Counted from the first letter of the whole stretch, positions 25,682-37,551 are shown. The stretch: 63,520 bases of DNA, filler included, from Nemertoderma westbladi (GCA_032718475.1; 3 parts of 3 records of this genome joined end to end with filler, not necessarily neighbours in it); one strand, 5' to 3'. Notes: generated from the letters alone by a model not told the origin. Translations and numbers: made by a program.

Positions 25682-25920
25682 CTAGAACAACATTACATCA
25701 TTAATAAATACAAGAGCAAACAAATAATATATATAATATATTTAGCTGTGTCAATATCAATTACTAAGGGCTGTTTAATTTTATGAATTTAGGATACTGT
25801 ATTTTCACTAAAATTTAGTAGCATTAATAAATTATTCAATAAAATTTTTAAAAATGTGTGCAACTCATAATGAAAGCAATGAATGATTTTTTAATCCGAA
25901 ACAAATCCTGGGCCGATAAT

Positions 25921-26270
25921 GTGGGGCGAGCCACGCATTCAGGGTGAGCTTTAGCGCACAATTATAATTAGTAAATAGGGCAAAATTTCATATCCGTCTG
26001 TCTGTTTGTCCGTCCATCTGTCTTGAAAAATTCATTCGTAAATAACTTTTGAAGATTTTATTAACCATTTTCAACCAAATTTTGTATAGGTATACTAGAG
26101 AAAAATACTAATATATTATATAATAATGATCTAATATACTATAATATATAATATACTGTATATAGAGTACCAATATTTTTGAAAGTTACGGGCATGCCCG
26201 TATACATCTCGAACTTTTGACTCCAGATCAATCGAACTTGCTCAAGTTCGCATGCAGCGCGACGCCCCAC
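25921..26270 (+). mobile_element. HINE/DINE-1-like non-autonomous element, copy 1
   Basis: GTGGGGCG...CGCCCCAC inverted ends, internal GTCY microsatellite, hairpin CGAACTTG-CT-CAAGTTCG; inverted related copy at 50970-51270. Confidence 0.6.
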
Positions 26271-26339
26271 TTCGTAGATGAGATGATATTTTTTCACTCA
26301 AGACATGTTTATATAGTATATTATTATATAGTTTATATA

Positions 26340-27210
26340 GTATATTATATAGTACATTAATTATGGTATATTGGCATGGGGTGTCGCTGGTAGTACTGTT
26401 CTCCGACCTATTCGAATTAAAATAAATAAAATTATTCGCTGTCTAACCTTCAGTCACTACCGGTCATCCTCCATACCAATATATAAATCTCTCAATATAT
26501 TACCTTTACAATCGCTATTCAACTACCAGCTAGGCCAACTAATGTACGATATATCCAACAACCCTAAACATCCACTTTCTCATCTATTTACAACTTTCTC
26601 TGAGATTCATTGTTACAACACTAGGTCGGCCGCTGCAGGCAAATACGTCATACCATTAACACGGCTGAATGTGGCTCATGAGTCTATTGCTGTTTTGGGT
26701 GCATCCTTTTGGAATAACTTACCAAGTCCAATAACTACTTCAACAACAAAAAATATATTCAAAAAACAATTGAAGACATTCTTAATACACCACATGATTT
26801 AATCATTTTCACTTCTTTTTTTTTAAGGACTATCCATGATTTACGTTAAATTTAATTAAAAATTAAAATAAAATAAACAATTTATGAGACACACATCAAC
26901 AAGGCAAATCGATATTACATATACTAAATTACTACTTTTTCTTCGTTAATTATATTATACGGTGCAATGCAATAACACATAAAAATGTTCATTTTAATAA
27001 CCCGAGTAACAGATTTACAGCATTACTATAATACTAATTTCTTTAATTATATTTACAGTGCATAGGGGGTGGCTGTTGGCCTCGACTGGCATTGCCATTG
27101 CAAACAGTCACTACCCCCATAATAAATCGTCGTTAGGTGACGAACAAGTGCAATTTCATATCATATGATTACTATTATACAAACTTGAAACTTGAAACTT
27201 GAAAAACTTG
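26340..27210 (+). mobile_element. 5'-truncated L2/Crack-like LINE 3' end
   Basis: ORF 26371-26802 (YGILAWG...KIIRCLTFSHYRSSSIPIYKSLNILPL...HCYNTR...FWNNLP...FKKQLKTFL) is a typical post-RT region; 3' stem-loop ~27064-27118, AATAAA at 27121, (AAACTTG)n tail 27181-27210. Confidence 0.75.
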
Positions 27211-27272
27211 ATATAGTAGGCCCTAATAATAACTACGGTCTCACCTGAGTGGCTATAAATGTTTTTATCAAT

Positions 27273-27372
27273 NNNNNNNNNNNNNNNNNNNNNNNNNNNN
27301 NNNNNNNNNNNNNNNNTTAATTAATTAANNNNNNNNNNNNNNNNNNNNNNNNNNNNNNNNNNNNNNNNNNNN
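27273..27372. other. Artificial contig-join spacer
   Basis: 44 N + TTAATTAATTAA (stops in all frames) + 44 N. Confidence 0.97.
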
Positions 27373-27496
27373 ACTAGATTGTCTTGCTAGTAGGCCTTGC
27401 TTATGCTACCGTTATTACTCTATTAACATCTGCTTTACTGTAGTTGGTTTCCTAAATTGTCTGATTGATTTGATATTAATAAATTAGTCGACAGCC

Positions 27497-28573
27497 ATGC
27501 GCTGTTTCGTAAAGATTCCGGCTACAGTTAGTTCGGATGCAACTAAAGGCCCTGGCCATCAATTCCAACTGGTATCGCGTGACATCGGCGCACCCGGGCC
27601 CCACGAGGTTGTAGTCTCGGTAGGTGCGTGCGCGCTGTCTGTAGTCCCTTCACAAGTATTAACTAAACTTGGTCTGGGGTTGGACCGCGCCGTGTTACCG
27701 GTGGGTAAAGATATAGCGGGCGTGGTAGAGGCTGTAGGCGATAACGTTAACGAACTAAGTATCGGAGATAAGATAGTCGGGATGTTACCGTTAGATACTG
27801 AATGGTCTGGAGTTGCTGAGAAGTGTATCATCCCGTGGTACCAGACTGTCCCAATGCCGTCTAGAGTTAGTTACAGGGAGGCCGCGGGACTTATAAGCGA
27901 CGGGGTACGGGCGTACACGGCGTTGTACTTTTTAGCACGATGCACCCCCGGCGACACTTTGCTAGTTATCGACGGGGACACGGCAAGTAACATAGTGCTG
28001 ATTCAACTCGCGTTTAGTTGGAATCTTAAAGTATTGGCTACGGTGCAGTCGGGGGATGATTTATCCTGTTTGCAGGCGGTTTGTCCCGGATTGAGCGCGG
28101 CCGTTGTGCTAAATGAGTCGAATTGTTTAACTAACTGGTGTCTATCGGAAACAGACGGGATGGGAGTTGATATAATCGTGGATAACGGAATTAATATATA
28201 CCCTAGGGAAAATCCCTCTCCAGGGGCCTCTAATCGAAGGTATCAGCCAAGAAAAAGCGAGATAATTTCATGTCTGGCAGTCTCCGGCAAATGGATTACC
28301 GTGGAAGGTAAACTGCAGATAGACCCACCCGAGTCAGAGATTCTCTTTCTGAAATGTGCGAGTTTGTGTTATTTGTTCGAACACTGTTGGACTGTCACTT
28401 GCACGCAACTAGGACGTTTTCGACACATCTTGTTGGACGTTATGGATAAACTCGAGACTGGCGTTTTATGTCATGTCGCTCCTGTTAATGTCTCCCTTGA
28501 CGACGCAGTAGACGCTATTCGCCAAATGAGTTTACATTCCTCCAGGAAGTTCATAATAACTAACGATATCTGA
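27497..28573 (+). CDS. CRYZL1: Quinone oxidoreductase-like protein 1 (zeta-crystallin-like 1, MDR fold), single exon
   Basis: VGACALS, LPVGKDIAGVVEAVG, DGVRAYTALY, ETDGMGVDIIVDNG, IISCLAVSGKWIT, LQIDPPESEILFLKCASL, ILLDVMDKL match CRYZL1; ATG to TGA, 358 aa; AATAAA at 28703. Confidence 0.88.
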   Translation: MRCFVKIPATVSSDATKGPGHQFQLVSRDIGAPGPHEVVVSVGACALSVVPSQVLTKLGLGLDRAVLPVGKDIAGVVEAVGDNVNELSIGDKIVGMLPLDTEWSGVAEKCIIPWYQTVPMPSRVSYREAAGLISDGVRAYTALYFLARCTPGDTLLVIDGDTASNIVLIQLAFSWNLKVLATVQSGDDLSCLQAVCPGLSAAVVLNESNCLTNWCLSETDGMGVDIIVDNGINIYPRENPSPGASNRRYQPRKSEIISCLAVSGKWITVEGKLQIDPPESEILFLKCASLCYLFEHCWTVTCTQLGRFRHILLDVMDKLETGVLCHVAPVNVSLDDAVDAIRQMSLHSSRKFIITNDI

Positions 28574-28946
28574 TTATTAGAGCAGGTTGCAGTTCTATTG
28601 GCGCTACCATTTTTGATGAACCAAATAGTTATTTACATCATTTTATTGTCATTTTTCCCTTGAATCTACTTTTCCGGCACTTTAATTAGTGGTGGTTACG
28701 TTAATAAATTTTTTATGTAAAATATCTTATTATTCTTATTATTTATTATTACTTATTATTTATTAATAAATCACAAATCCTAATGAATCAGTGATATAAC
28801 GTAAATATTAATATAAATATCACAATTATTCAGAAACTTCTTTATTGTCTTTATGTATGTATAGGTACCGGTATAATTTTTAATGATTTTTCTTGACAAA
28901 AGTTTATATAATGACCTATTTATTATGTGTCGCAAAGATTCCTTGC

Positions 28947-30603
28947 TACCAGAGGCAACCCGAAGGCTCCTCTCTACCGGAGGCAACCCGAAGGCTCCTC
29001 TCTACCGGAGGCAACCCGAAGGCTCCTCTTCTACCGGAGGCAACCCGAAGGCTCCTCTCTACCGGAGGCAACCCGAAGGCTCCTCTCTACCGGAGGCAAC
29101 CCGAAGGCTCCTCTCTACCGGAGGCAACCCGAAGGCTCCTCTCTAACCGGAGGCAACCCGAAGGCTCCTCTCTACCGGAGGCAACCCGAAGGCTCCTCTC
29201 TACCGGAGGCAACCCGAAGGCTCCTCTCTACTGGAGGCAACCCGAAGGCTCCTCTCTACCGGAGGCAACCCGAAGGCTCCTCTCTACCGGAGGCAACCCG
29301 AAGGCTCCTCTCTACCGGAGGCAACCCGAAGGCTCCTCTCTACCGGAGGCAACCCGAAGGCTCCTCTCTACCGGAGGCAACCCGAAGGCTCCTCTCTACC
29401 GGAGGCAACCCGAAGGCTCCTCTCTACCGGAGGCAACCCGAAGGTTCCTCTCTACCGGAGGCAACCCGAAAGCTCCTCTCTACAGGAGGCAACCCGAAGG
29501 CTCCTCTCTACCGGAGGCAACCCGAAGGCTCCTCTCTACCGGAGGCAACCCGAAGGTTCCTCTCTACCGGAGGCAACCCGAAGGCTCCTCTCTACCGGAG
29601 GCAACCCGAAGGCTCCTCTCTACCGGAGGCAACCCGAAGGCTCCTCTCTACCGGAGGCAACCCGAAGGCTCCTCTCTACCGGAGGCAACCCGAAGGCTCC
29701 TCTCTACCGGAGGCAACCCGAAGGCTCCTCTCTACCGGAGGCAACCCGAAGGCTCCTCTCTACCGGAGGCAACCCGAAGGCTCCTCTCAACCGCAGGTAA
29801 CCCGAAGGTTCCTCTCTACCGGAGGCAACCCGAAGGATCCTCTCTACCGGAGTCAACCCGAAGGTTCCTCTCTACCGGAGGCGACCCGAAGGCTCCTCTC
29901 TACCGGAGGCAACCCGAAGGTTCCTCTCTACCGGAGGCAACCCGAAGGTTCCTCTCTACCGGAGGCAACCCGAAGGATCCTCTACAAGTGGCAACCCGAA
30001 GTCTCCTCTCTACAGGAGGCAACCCGAAGGCTCCTCTCTACCGGAGGCAACCCGAAGGTTCCTCTCTACCGGAGGCAACCCGAAGGCTCCTCTCTACAGG
30101 AGGCAACCCGAAGGCTCCTCTCTACCGGAGGCAACCCGAAGGCTCCTCTCTACCGGAGGCAACCCGAAGGCTCCTCTCTACCGGAGGCAACCCGAAGGCT
30201 CCTCTCTACCGGAGGCAACCCGAAGGCTCCTCTCTACCGGAGGCAACCCGAAGGCTCCTCTCAACCGCAGGTAACCCGAAGGTTCCTCTCTACCGGAGTC
30301 AACCCGAAGGATCCTCTCTACCGGAGTCAACCCGAAGGTTCCTCTCTACCGGAGGCGACCCGAAGGCTCCTCTCTACCGGAGGCAACCCGAAGGTTCCTC
30401 TCTACCGGAGGCAACCCGAAGGTTCCTCTCTACCGGAGGCAACCCGAAGGATCCTCTACAAGTGGCAACCCGAAGTCTCCTCTCTACCGGAGGCAACCCG
30501 AAGGTTCATATCTAGTGGAGTCAACCCGAAGGCTCCTCTCTACCGGAGGAAAACTAAAGGCTTATCTCTACAAGAGGCAACCCTAAGGCTCCTCTCTACC
30601 GGA
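28947..30603. repeat. 28-bp minisatellite (~59 copies)
   Basis: Unit CCGGAGGCAACCCGAAGGCTCCTCTCTA, between the convergent 3' ends of CRYZL1 and the RNF14-like gene. Confidence 0.97.
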
Positions 30604-30657
30604 AGAAACCAGCTGTGGGGTAGGCTTAGTGACGTTGTTTTACGTTTAGAGTTTAAC

Positions 30658-30720
30658 TGGACTCATCTGGGGATCGAACCCATGACCCTTCGGCGTGTAA
30701 GTCCGACACTTAGCCATGGG
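30658..30720 (-). mobile_element. tRNA-derived (Val-TAC-like) SINE head or tRNA pseudogene fragment
   Basis: Minus strand TGGCTAAG...TCGG-ACTTACACG-CCGA-AGGGTCATG-GGTTCGATCC-CCA: B box and anticodon-like arm, but no complete acceptor stem. Confidence 0.6.
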
Positions 30721-30891
30721 GACCTTCACATTATTGTGCATTTCATAAATATCTGTGTAATCATGTTAATTAATATTAAAATTTTACAGTATAGAGAATC
30801 ACCAATATTTTCATATAAACTAATTGCAGATTGGGTACAGTTGATTTAAAATAAACGATAGTCATAAAAAATAGTGATCTAATCCGCAACG

Positions 30892-32469
30892 TTACGAATG
30901 TTGTACACAGATACTTTGTGGCGAATAATGTTCATACACTTTTCCAATAATTATACCGCTACAACTAAAACAAAGATTCACCTTGCAGAACCAACATTTT
31001 GTGTGGTTATTCGTGTTTATTTTAACGTTGAATTGTTTGCAGCGCTGACACCGTGTTGTCGGTAACTCTGCCCGGTATCTTTGAGCGGCTTCCGCTAGGG
31101 CCTGCCCTGGTAGGGCCGGTGGTCGCGCATGTTGTTCTTTCTCACTTCCCCCACCGCCCCAGACTGTACACCCAGAATTTGAGAAATGGTTGTAACTTTT
31201 GATAAGTTTTCCGCAGAGCATACAAAAAGATTCGCCACATCTACTGCAAGTCATCCTGTTGCAACCTCCTGACTTCAGAATCCAAGCTTTGCATTTTGGA
31301 CATCGTGTTCCGTGTGTTGTGATTGTCCTCATGGTTAAGAGCTCGTCGGCAATAATCTTCTGCAATCTCTCGACTTCTTCCCGTAGTCGCTGGTTGTCAC
31401 CGCAGCGAGCAGCCCTTGCGTCCAACTCTTTGAGTTTGTCTTCACGATTTTTGCAAGACGATCCAGGATGCCACGACTCTCGACAAACGGCGCAGAACGT
31501 GAAGTTGCACGTCGTACAGAAGACCATATATGGCAGGCCTGGGTCAGTGGATCCTGTTTGGTCGGCACAGGTAGCATGTTCGCATCTCGGGCAGTAATGG
31601 AGTGATTCTCTGAGGTAAGAGAGAGTTGCTAAGTCGCTCCATTTCTTTTGGTCATCAAGAGACAAATTATAGTAAACGGAAGCTATCGGAATGGGACAAT
31701 CGCAAGCATCGAACAAACATGTCACCCGAGAAACACTTCCCTCGTTCAGCTGAACACGCATGTGTTCTAGAATACATTCCCTACAGGTGTAGTGGCCACA
31801 TTGTTCGACAACGATCATATCAAAACCTAACAAAGAATCGAAACACACAGGACATTCGTGATTTGAGTTTAGGAATGTTTCAATTTTATAGGACTTGTCC
31901 AGTTGAACTATCTTTTTTATTTCCTGTGTGACATCCTGACAGTTTGCTGGGTGTAGAAATATCGTATCAGTTATTTCTAGTGCCGGCAATGCGTTAGAGA
32001 ATAGATATTAGTACCATTCGTAAATAATAGGTCCTCGACATGTATTTGAGAAAAATAGATCATATAATTTAGAGACAAGAATTTGGTTTTGTTCTTCGGA
32101 AAGCCAAGAAGACTCAATAATTAATTGAGGAGAGTCTATAAGGGGGTAAGTAGGTGGGAGTTTGATAGACAATGTCAGGGGTGGCAATCTTGATACAACT
32201 ACTGATTCATCTATGTTACCTCTTGAATCGTCAGAATTTAATAGAATTTCGCATTCGCTATGAGGTAACGTTACATCAACTAGTAAACTAAATGCTACTC
32301 CATGTTCCATTCCATTCATGTCATAGGCACCCGTATCATCATCACCCTTGCTAGAATCAAAACTCATTTTGGTATCGTAAACCGCCTTTAGAACTAGTAG
32401 TTCCTCTTCCTGCAATGCCAAGCATTCGCGTTTAAGGCTTGCATCTATGTTTAAGCTGTTACTGGCCAT
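30892..32469 (-). CDS. RNF14: RNF14-like RWD + RBR E3 ubiquitin ligase, single exon, interrupted by one in-frame TAA (32008-32010); gene or pseudogene
   Basis: RWD QEEELLVLKAVYD...LPPLTLSIKLPPTYP...SSWLS; RING1 CPVC...CGHYTCREC; IBR YCPRC...CTTCNFTFCAVCRESWH; RING2 CPKC...GGCNRMTCSRCGESFCMLC. The two listed ORFs share a frame (PIIYEWY*YLFSNALPALEI). Confidence 0.78.
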
Positions 32470-33094
32470 GAGTTCTAAAGATTCACAATAAATTTGTTGT
32501 TTCAAGTGATAAGTAGAGAAAAATAATAAAAAGTACCTGTAAATATTACAATTACAGTAATTACAATTGTAATTAATAACGATTTTATTTCTGAGTTAAA
32601 TTATTACTTTTACTATAGTGCAACAATTTATCTCTTAAATATATTGACGTACGACACTCTTACTATTATCAGTTGCCTCTGGTTGTGCAATAATGTTTCT
32701 GATTGGTTACTTGTGTTCTTGTTACATCATAGTTATTTTTAACATTATGTTGTACTGGGAATGACATATTATACTGTACGATCGTTCAAATATTGATACA
32801 GATAAATTCTGGCACGCAGTAATAGTTATACAGTTTTGACGTAACGGAATACCCATTTAATAAAATGGGTATTGTGATTAATATTTTTTGTGGATTCTTT
32901 GCAACTGTATTAAATTGTTCCCTGCGGTGCATGTAATTATTTATCTACGGTCTTCGCAGTCGACTTTAGATCTCATTAGTCAGTTTACAGGAGTGGCGGC
33001 CCAAATCATAGTTTAAATTATCACGTAACATTGACCCAAGGTCATAAATGAAATTTTAGTGTAACTCTAAAATGCCATAAATTAGGCTAACTTT

Positions 33095-36000
33095 CTTAAG
33101 AGTTTGCGTCTGACCCACATCCTAACCCAAAATCTTAAGAGTTTGCGTCTGACCAACAAACCCTAACCCAAAATCTTAGAGTTTGCGTCTGACCAACAAA
33201 CCCTAACCCAAAATCTTGAGAGTTTGTGTCTGACCAACAAATCCTAACCCAAAATCTTAAGAGTTTGTGTCTGACCAACAAACCCTAATCCAAAATCTTA
33301 GAGTTTGCGTCTGACCAACAAACCCTAATCCAAAATCTTAAGAGTTTGTGTCTGACCAACAAATCCGAACCCAAAATCGTAAGAGTTTGTGTCTGACCAA
33401 CAAACCCTAACCCAAAATCTTAGGAGTTTGTGTCTGACCAACAAACCCTAACCCAAAATCTTAAGAGTTTGTGTCTGACCTACAAACCCTAACCCAAAAT
33501 CTTAAGAGTTTCCGTCTGACCAACAAACCCGAACCCAAAATCTTAAGAGTTTCCGTCTGACCAACAAACCCGAACCCAAAATCTTAAGAGTTTGCGTCTG
33601 ACCAACAAACCCTAACCCAAAATCTTAAGAGTTTGCGTCTGACCAACAAACCCTAACCCAAAATCTTAGAGTTTGCGTCTGACCAACAAACCCTAACCCA
33701 AAATCTTAAGAGTTTCCGTCTGACCAACAAACCCTAACCCAAAATCTTAAGAGTTTGTGTCTGACCAACAAATCCGAACCCAAAATCGTAAGAGTTTGTG
33801 TCTGACCTACAAACCCTAACCCAAAATCTTAAGAGTTTCCGTCTGACCAACAAACCCTAACCCAAAATCTTAAGAGTTTGTGTCTGACCAACAAATCCGA
33901 ACCCAAAATCGTAAGAGTTTGTGTCTGACCAACAAACCCTAACCCAAAATCTTAGGAGTTTGTGTCTGACCAACAAACCCTAACCCAAAATCTTAAGAGT
34001 TTGTGTCTGACCTACAAACCCTAACCCAAAATCTTAAGAGTTTCCGTCTGACCAACAAACCCTAACCCAAAATCTTAAGAGTTTGTGTCTGACCAACAAA
34101 CCCTAACCCAAAATCTTAGAGTTTGCGTCTGACCAACAAACCCTAACCCAAAATCTTAAGAGTTTGTGTCTGACCAACAAACCCTAACCCAAAATCTTAG
34201 GAGTTTGTGTCTGACCAACAAACCCTAACCCAAAATCTTAAGAGTTTGTGTCTGACCTACAAACCCTAACCCAAAATCTTAAGAGTTTCCGTCTGACCAA
34301 CAAACCCTAACCCAAAATCTTAAGAGTTTGTGTCTGACCAACAAACCCTAATCCAAAATCTTAAGAGTTTGTGTCTGACCAACAAACCCTAACCCAAAAT
34401 CTTAAGAGTTTCCGTCTGACCAACAAACCCTAACCCAAAATCTTAAGAGTTTCCGTCTGACCAACAAACCCTAACCCAAAATCTTAAGAGTTTGTGTCTG
34501 ACCAACAAATCCGAACCCAAAATCTTAAGAGTTTGTGTCTGACCCACAAACCCTAACCCAAAATCTTAAGAGTTTCCGTCTGACCAACAAACCCTAACCC
34601 AAAATCTTAAGAGTTTCCGTCTGACCAACAAACCCTAACCCAAAATCTTAAGAGTTTGTGTCTGACCAACAAACCCTAACCCAAAATCTTAAGAGTTTGT
34701 GTCTGACCTACAAACCCTAATCCAAAATCTTAAGAGTTTGTGTCTGACCAACAAACCCTAACCCAAAATCTTAAGAGTTTGTGTCTGACCTACAAACCCT
34801 AATCCAAAATCTTAAGAGTTTGTGTCTGACCAACAAACCCTAACCCAAAATCTTAAGAGTTTGTGTCTGACCTACAAACCCTAATCCAAAATCTTAAGAG
34901 TTTGTGTCTGACCAACAAACCCTAACCCAAAATCTTAAGAGTTTGTGTCTGACCAACAAACCCGAACCCAAAATCTTAAGAGTTTGTGTCTGACCAACAA
35001 ACCCGAACCCAAAATCTTAAGAGTTTGTGTCTGACCAACAAACCCGAACCCAAAATCTTAAGAGTTTGTGTCTGACCTACAAACCCTAATCCAAAATCTT
35101 AAGAGTTTGTGTCTGACCCACAAACCCTAACCCAAAATCTTAAGAGTTTGTGTCTGACCAACAAACCCGAACCCAAAATCTTAAGAGTTTGTGTCTGACC
35201 AACAAACCCGAACCCAAAATCTTAAGAGTTTGTGTCTGACCAACAAACCCGAACCCAAAATCTTAAGAGTTTGCGTCTGACCAACAAACCCTAACCCAAA
35301 ATCTTAAGAGTTTCCGTCTGACCAACAAACCCTAACCCAAAATCTTAAGAGTTTGTGTCTGACCTACAAACCCTAATCCAAAATCTTACGAGTTTGTGTC
35401 TGACCAACAAACCCTAACCCAAAATCTTAAGAGTTTGTGTCTGACCAACAAACCCGAACCCAAAATCTTAAGAGTTTGTGTCTGACCAAAAAACCCTAAC
35501 CCAAAATCTTAAGAGTTTGTGTCTGACCAACAAACCCGAACCCAAAATCTTAAGAGTTTGTGTCTGACCAACAAACCCGAACCCAAAATCTTAAGAGTTT
35601 GTGTCTGACCAACAAACCCTAACCCAAAATCTTAAGAGTTTGTGTCTGACCAACAAACCCGAACCCAAAATCTTAAGAGTTTGTGTCTGACCAACAAACC
35701 CGAACCCAAAATCTTAAGAGTTTGTGTCTGACCAACAAACCCTAACCCAAAATCTTAAGAGTTTGTGTCTGACCAACAAACCCGAATCCAAAATCTTAAG
35801 AGTTTGTGTCTGACCAACAAACCCGAACCCAAAATCTTAAGAGTTTGTGTCTGACCAAAAAACCCTAACCCAAAATCTTAAGAGTTTGTGTCTGACCAAC
35901 AAACCCGAACCCAAAATCTTAAGAGTTTGTGTCTGACCAACAAACCCTAACCCAAAATCTTAAGAGTTTCCGTCTGACCAACAAACCCTAACCCAAAATC

Positions 36001-37551
36001 TTAAGAGTTTGTGTCTGACCAACAAACCCGAACCCAAAATCTTAAGAGTTTGTGTCTGACCAACAAACCCGAACCCAAAATCTTAAGAGTTTGTGTCTGA
36101 CCAACAAACCCTAACCCAAAATCTTAAGAGTTGGTGTCTGACCAACAAACCCTAACCCAAAATCTTAAGAGTTTGTGTCTGACCAACAAACCCGAACCCA
36201 AAATCTTAAGAGTTTGTGTCTGACCAACAAACCCTAACCCAAAATCTTAAGAGTTGGTGTCTGACCAACAAACCCTAACCCAAAATCTTAAGAGTTTGTG
36301 TCTGACCAACAAACCCGAACCCAAAATCTTAAGAGTTTGTGTCTGACCAACAAACCCGAACCCAAAATCTTAAGAGTTTGTGTCTGACCAACAAACCCTA
36401 ACCCAAAATCTTAAGAGTTGGTGTCTGACCAACAAACCCTAACCCAAAATCTTAAGAGTTGGTGTCTGACCAACAAACCCTAACCCAAAATCTTAAGAGT
36501 TTGTGTCTGACCAACAAACCCGAACCCAAAATCTTAAGAGTTTGTGTCTGACCAACAAACCCGAACCCAAAATCTTAAGAGTTTGTGTCTGACCAAAAAA
36601 CCCTAACCCAAAATCTTAAGAGTTTGTGTCTGACCAACAAACCCGAACCCAAAATCTTAAGAGTTTGTGTCTGACCAACAAACCCTAACCCAAAATCTTA
36701 AGAGTTTCCGTCTGACCAACAAACCCTAACCCAAAATCTTAAGAGTTTGTGTCTGACCAACAAACCCGAACCCAAAATCTTAAGAGTTTGTGTCTGACCA
36801 ACAAACCCGAACCCAAAATCTTAAGAGTTTGTGTCTGACCAACAAACCCTAACCCAAAATCTTAAGAGTTGGTGTCTGACCAACAAACCCTAACCCAAAA
36901 TCTTAAGAGTTTGTGTCTGACCAACAAACCCGAACCCAAAATCTTAAGAGTTTGTGTCTGACCAACAAACCCTAACCCAAAATCTTAAGAGTTGGTGTCT
37001 GACCAACAAACCCTAACCCAAAATCTTAAGAGTTGGTGTCTGACCAACAAACCCTAACCCAAAATCTTAAGAGTTTGTGTCTGACCAACAAACCCGAACC
37101 CAAAATCTTAAGAGTTTGTGTCTGACCAACAAACCCGAACCCAAAATCTTAAGAGTTTGTGTCTGACCTACAAACCCTAATCCAAAATCTTAAGAGTTTG
37201 TGTCTGACCAACAAACCCTAACCCAAAATCTTAAGAGTTTCCGTCTGACCAACAAACCCTAACCCAAAATCTTAAGAGTTTGTGTCTGACCTACAAACCC
37301 TAATCCAAAATCTTAAGAGTTTGTGTCTGACCAACAAACCCGAACCCAAAATCTTAGAGTTTGCGTCTGACCAACAAACCCTAACCCAAAATCTTAAGAG
37401 TTTGTGTCTGACCAACAAACCCTAACCCAAAATCTTAAGAGTTTGTGTCTGACCAACAAACCCGAACCCAAAATCTTAAGAGTTTGTGTCTGACCAACAA
37501 ACCCTAACCCAAAATCTTAAGAGTTTGTGTCTGACCAACAAACCCTAATCC
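33095..37551. repeat. 41-bp minisatellite (~108 copies) containing a CCCTAA motif
   Basis: Unit AAGAGTTTGTGTCTGACCAACAAACCCTAACCCAAAATCTT, with CCCTAA/CCCGAA and GT/CC/GC variants. Confidence 0.97.

Noticed and set aside
27317-27328. TTAATTAATTAA palindrome within N runs (also 57179-57190)
   Set aside because: Synthetic all-frame stop linker. It also means synteny across the joins, including where unc-13 continues, cannot be inferred.
30658-30720. Functional tRNA genes here and at 46071 and 53820
   Set aside because: No complete cloverleaf or paired acceptor stem; followed by SINE-like bodies.
28883-30849. 540-aa and 640-aa ORFs
   Set aside because: Translations of the 28-bp array, which lacks plus-strand stops; all frames give the same cyclic peptide.
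32008-32010. TAA reassigned to Gln (variant genetic code)
   Set aside because: The same gene ends in TAA at its expected end, and the other long ORFs contain no internal TAA/TAG.
31977-32014. A small GT...AG intron that might remove the RNF14-like premature stop
   Set aside because: The candidate is 38 nt, would shift the frame and would delete residues that align with RNF14.
11356-37551. Possible CRISPR arrays (28-57-bp repeats, some hairpin-forming)
   Set aside because: Units are head-to-tail with no unique spacers, there are no cas genes, and the context is spliceosomal and eukaryotic.
33095-37551. True or interstitial telomere
   Set aside because: Fewer than two CCCTAA units per 41-bp monomer; no pure (TTAGGG)n tract.
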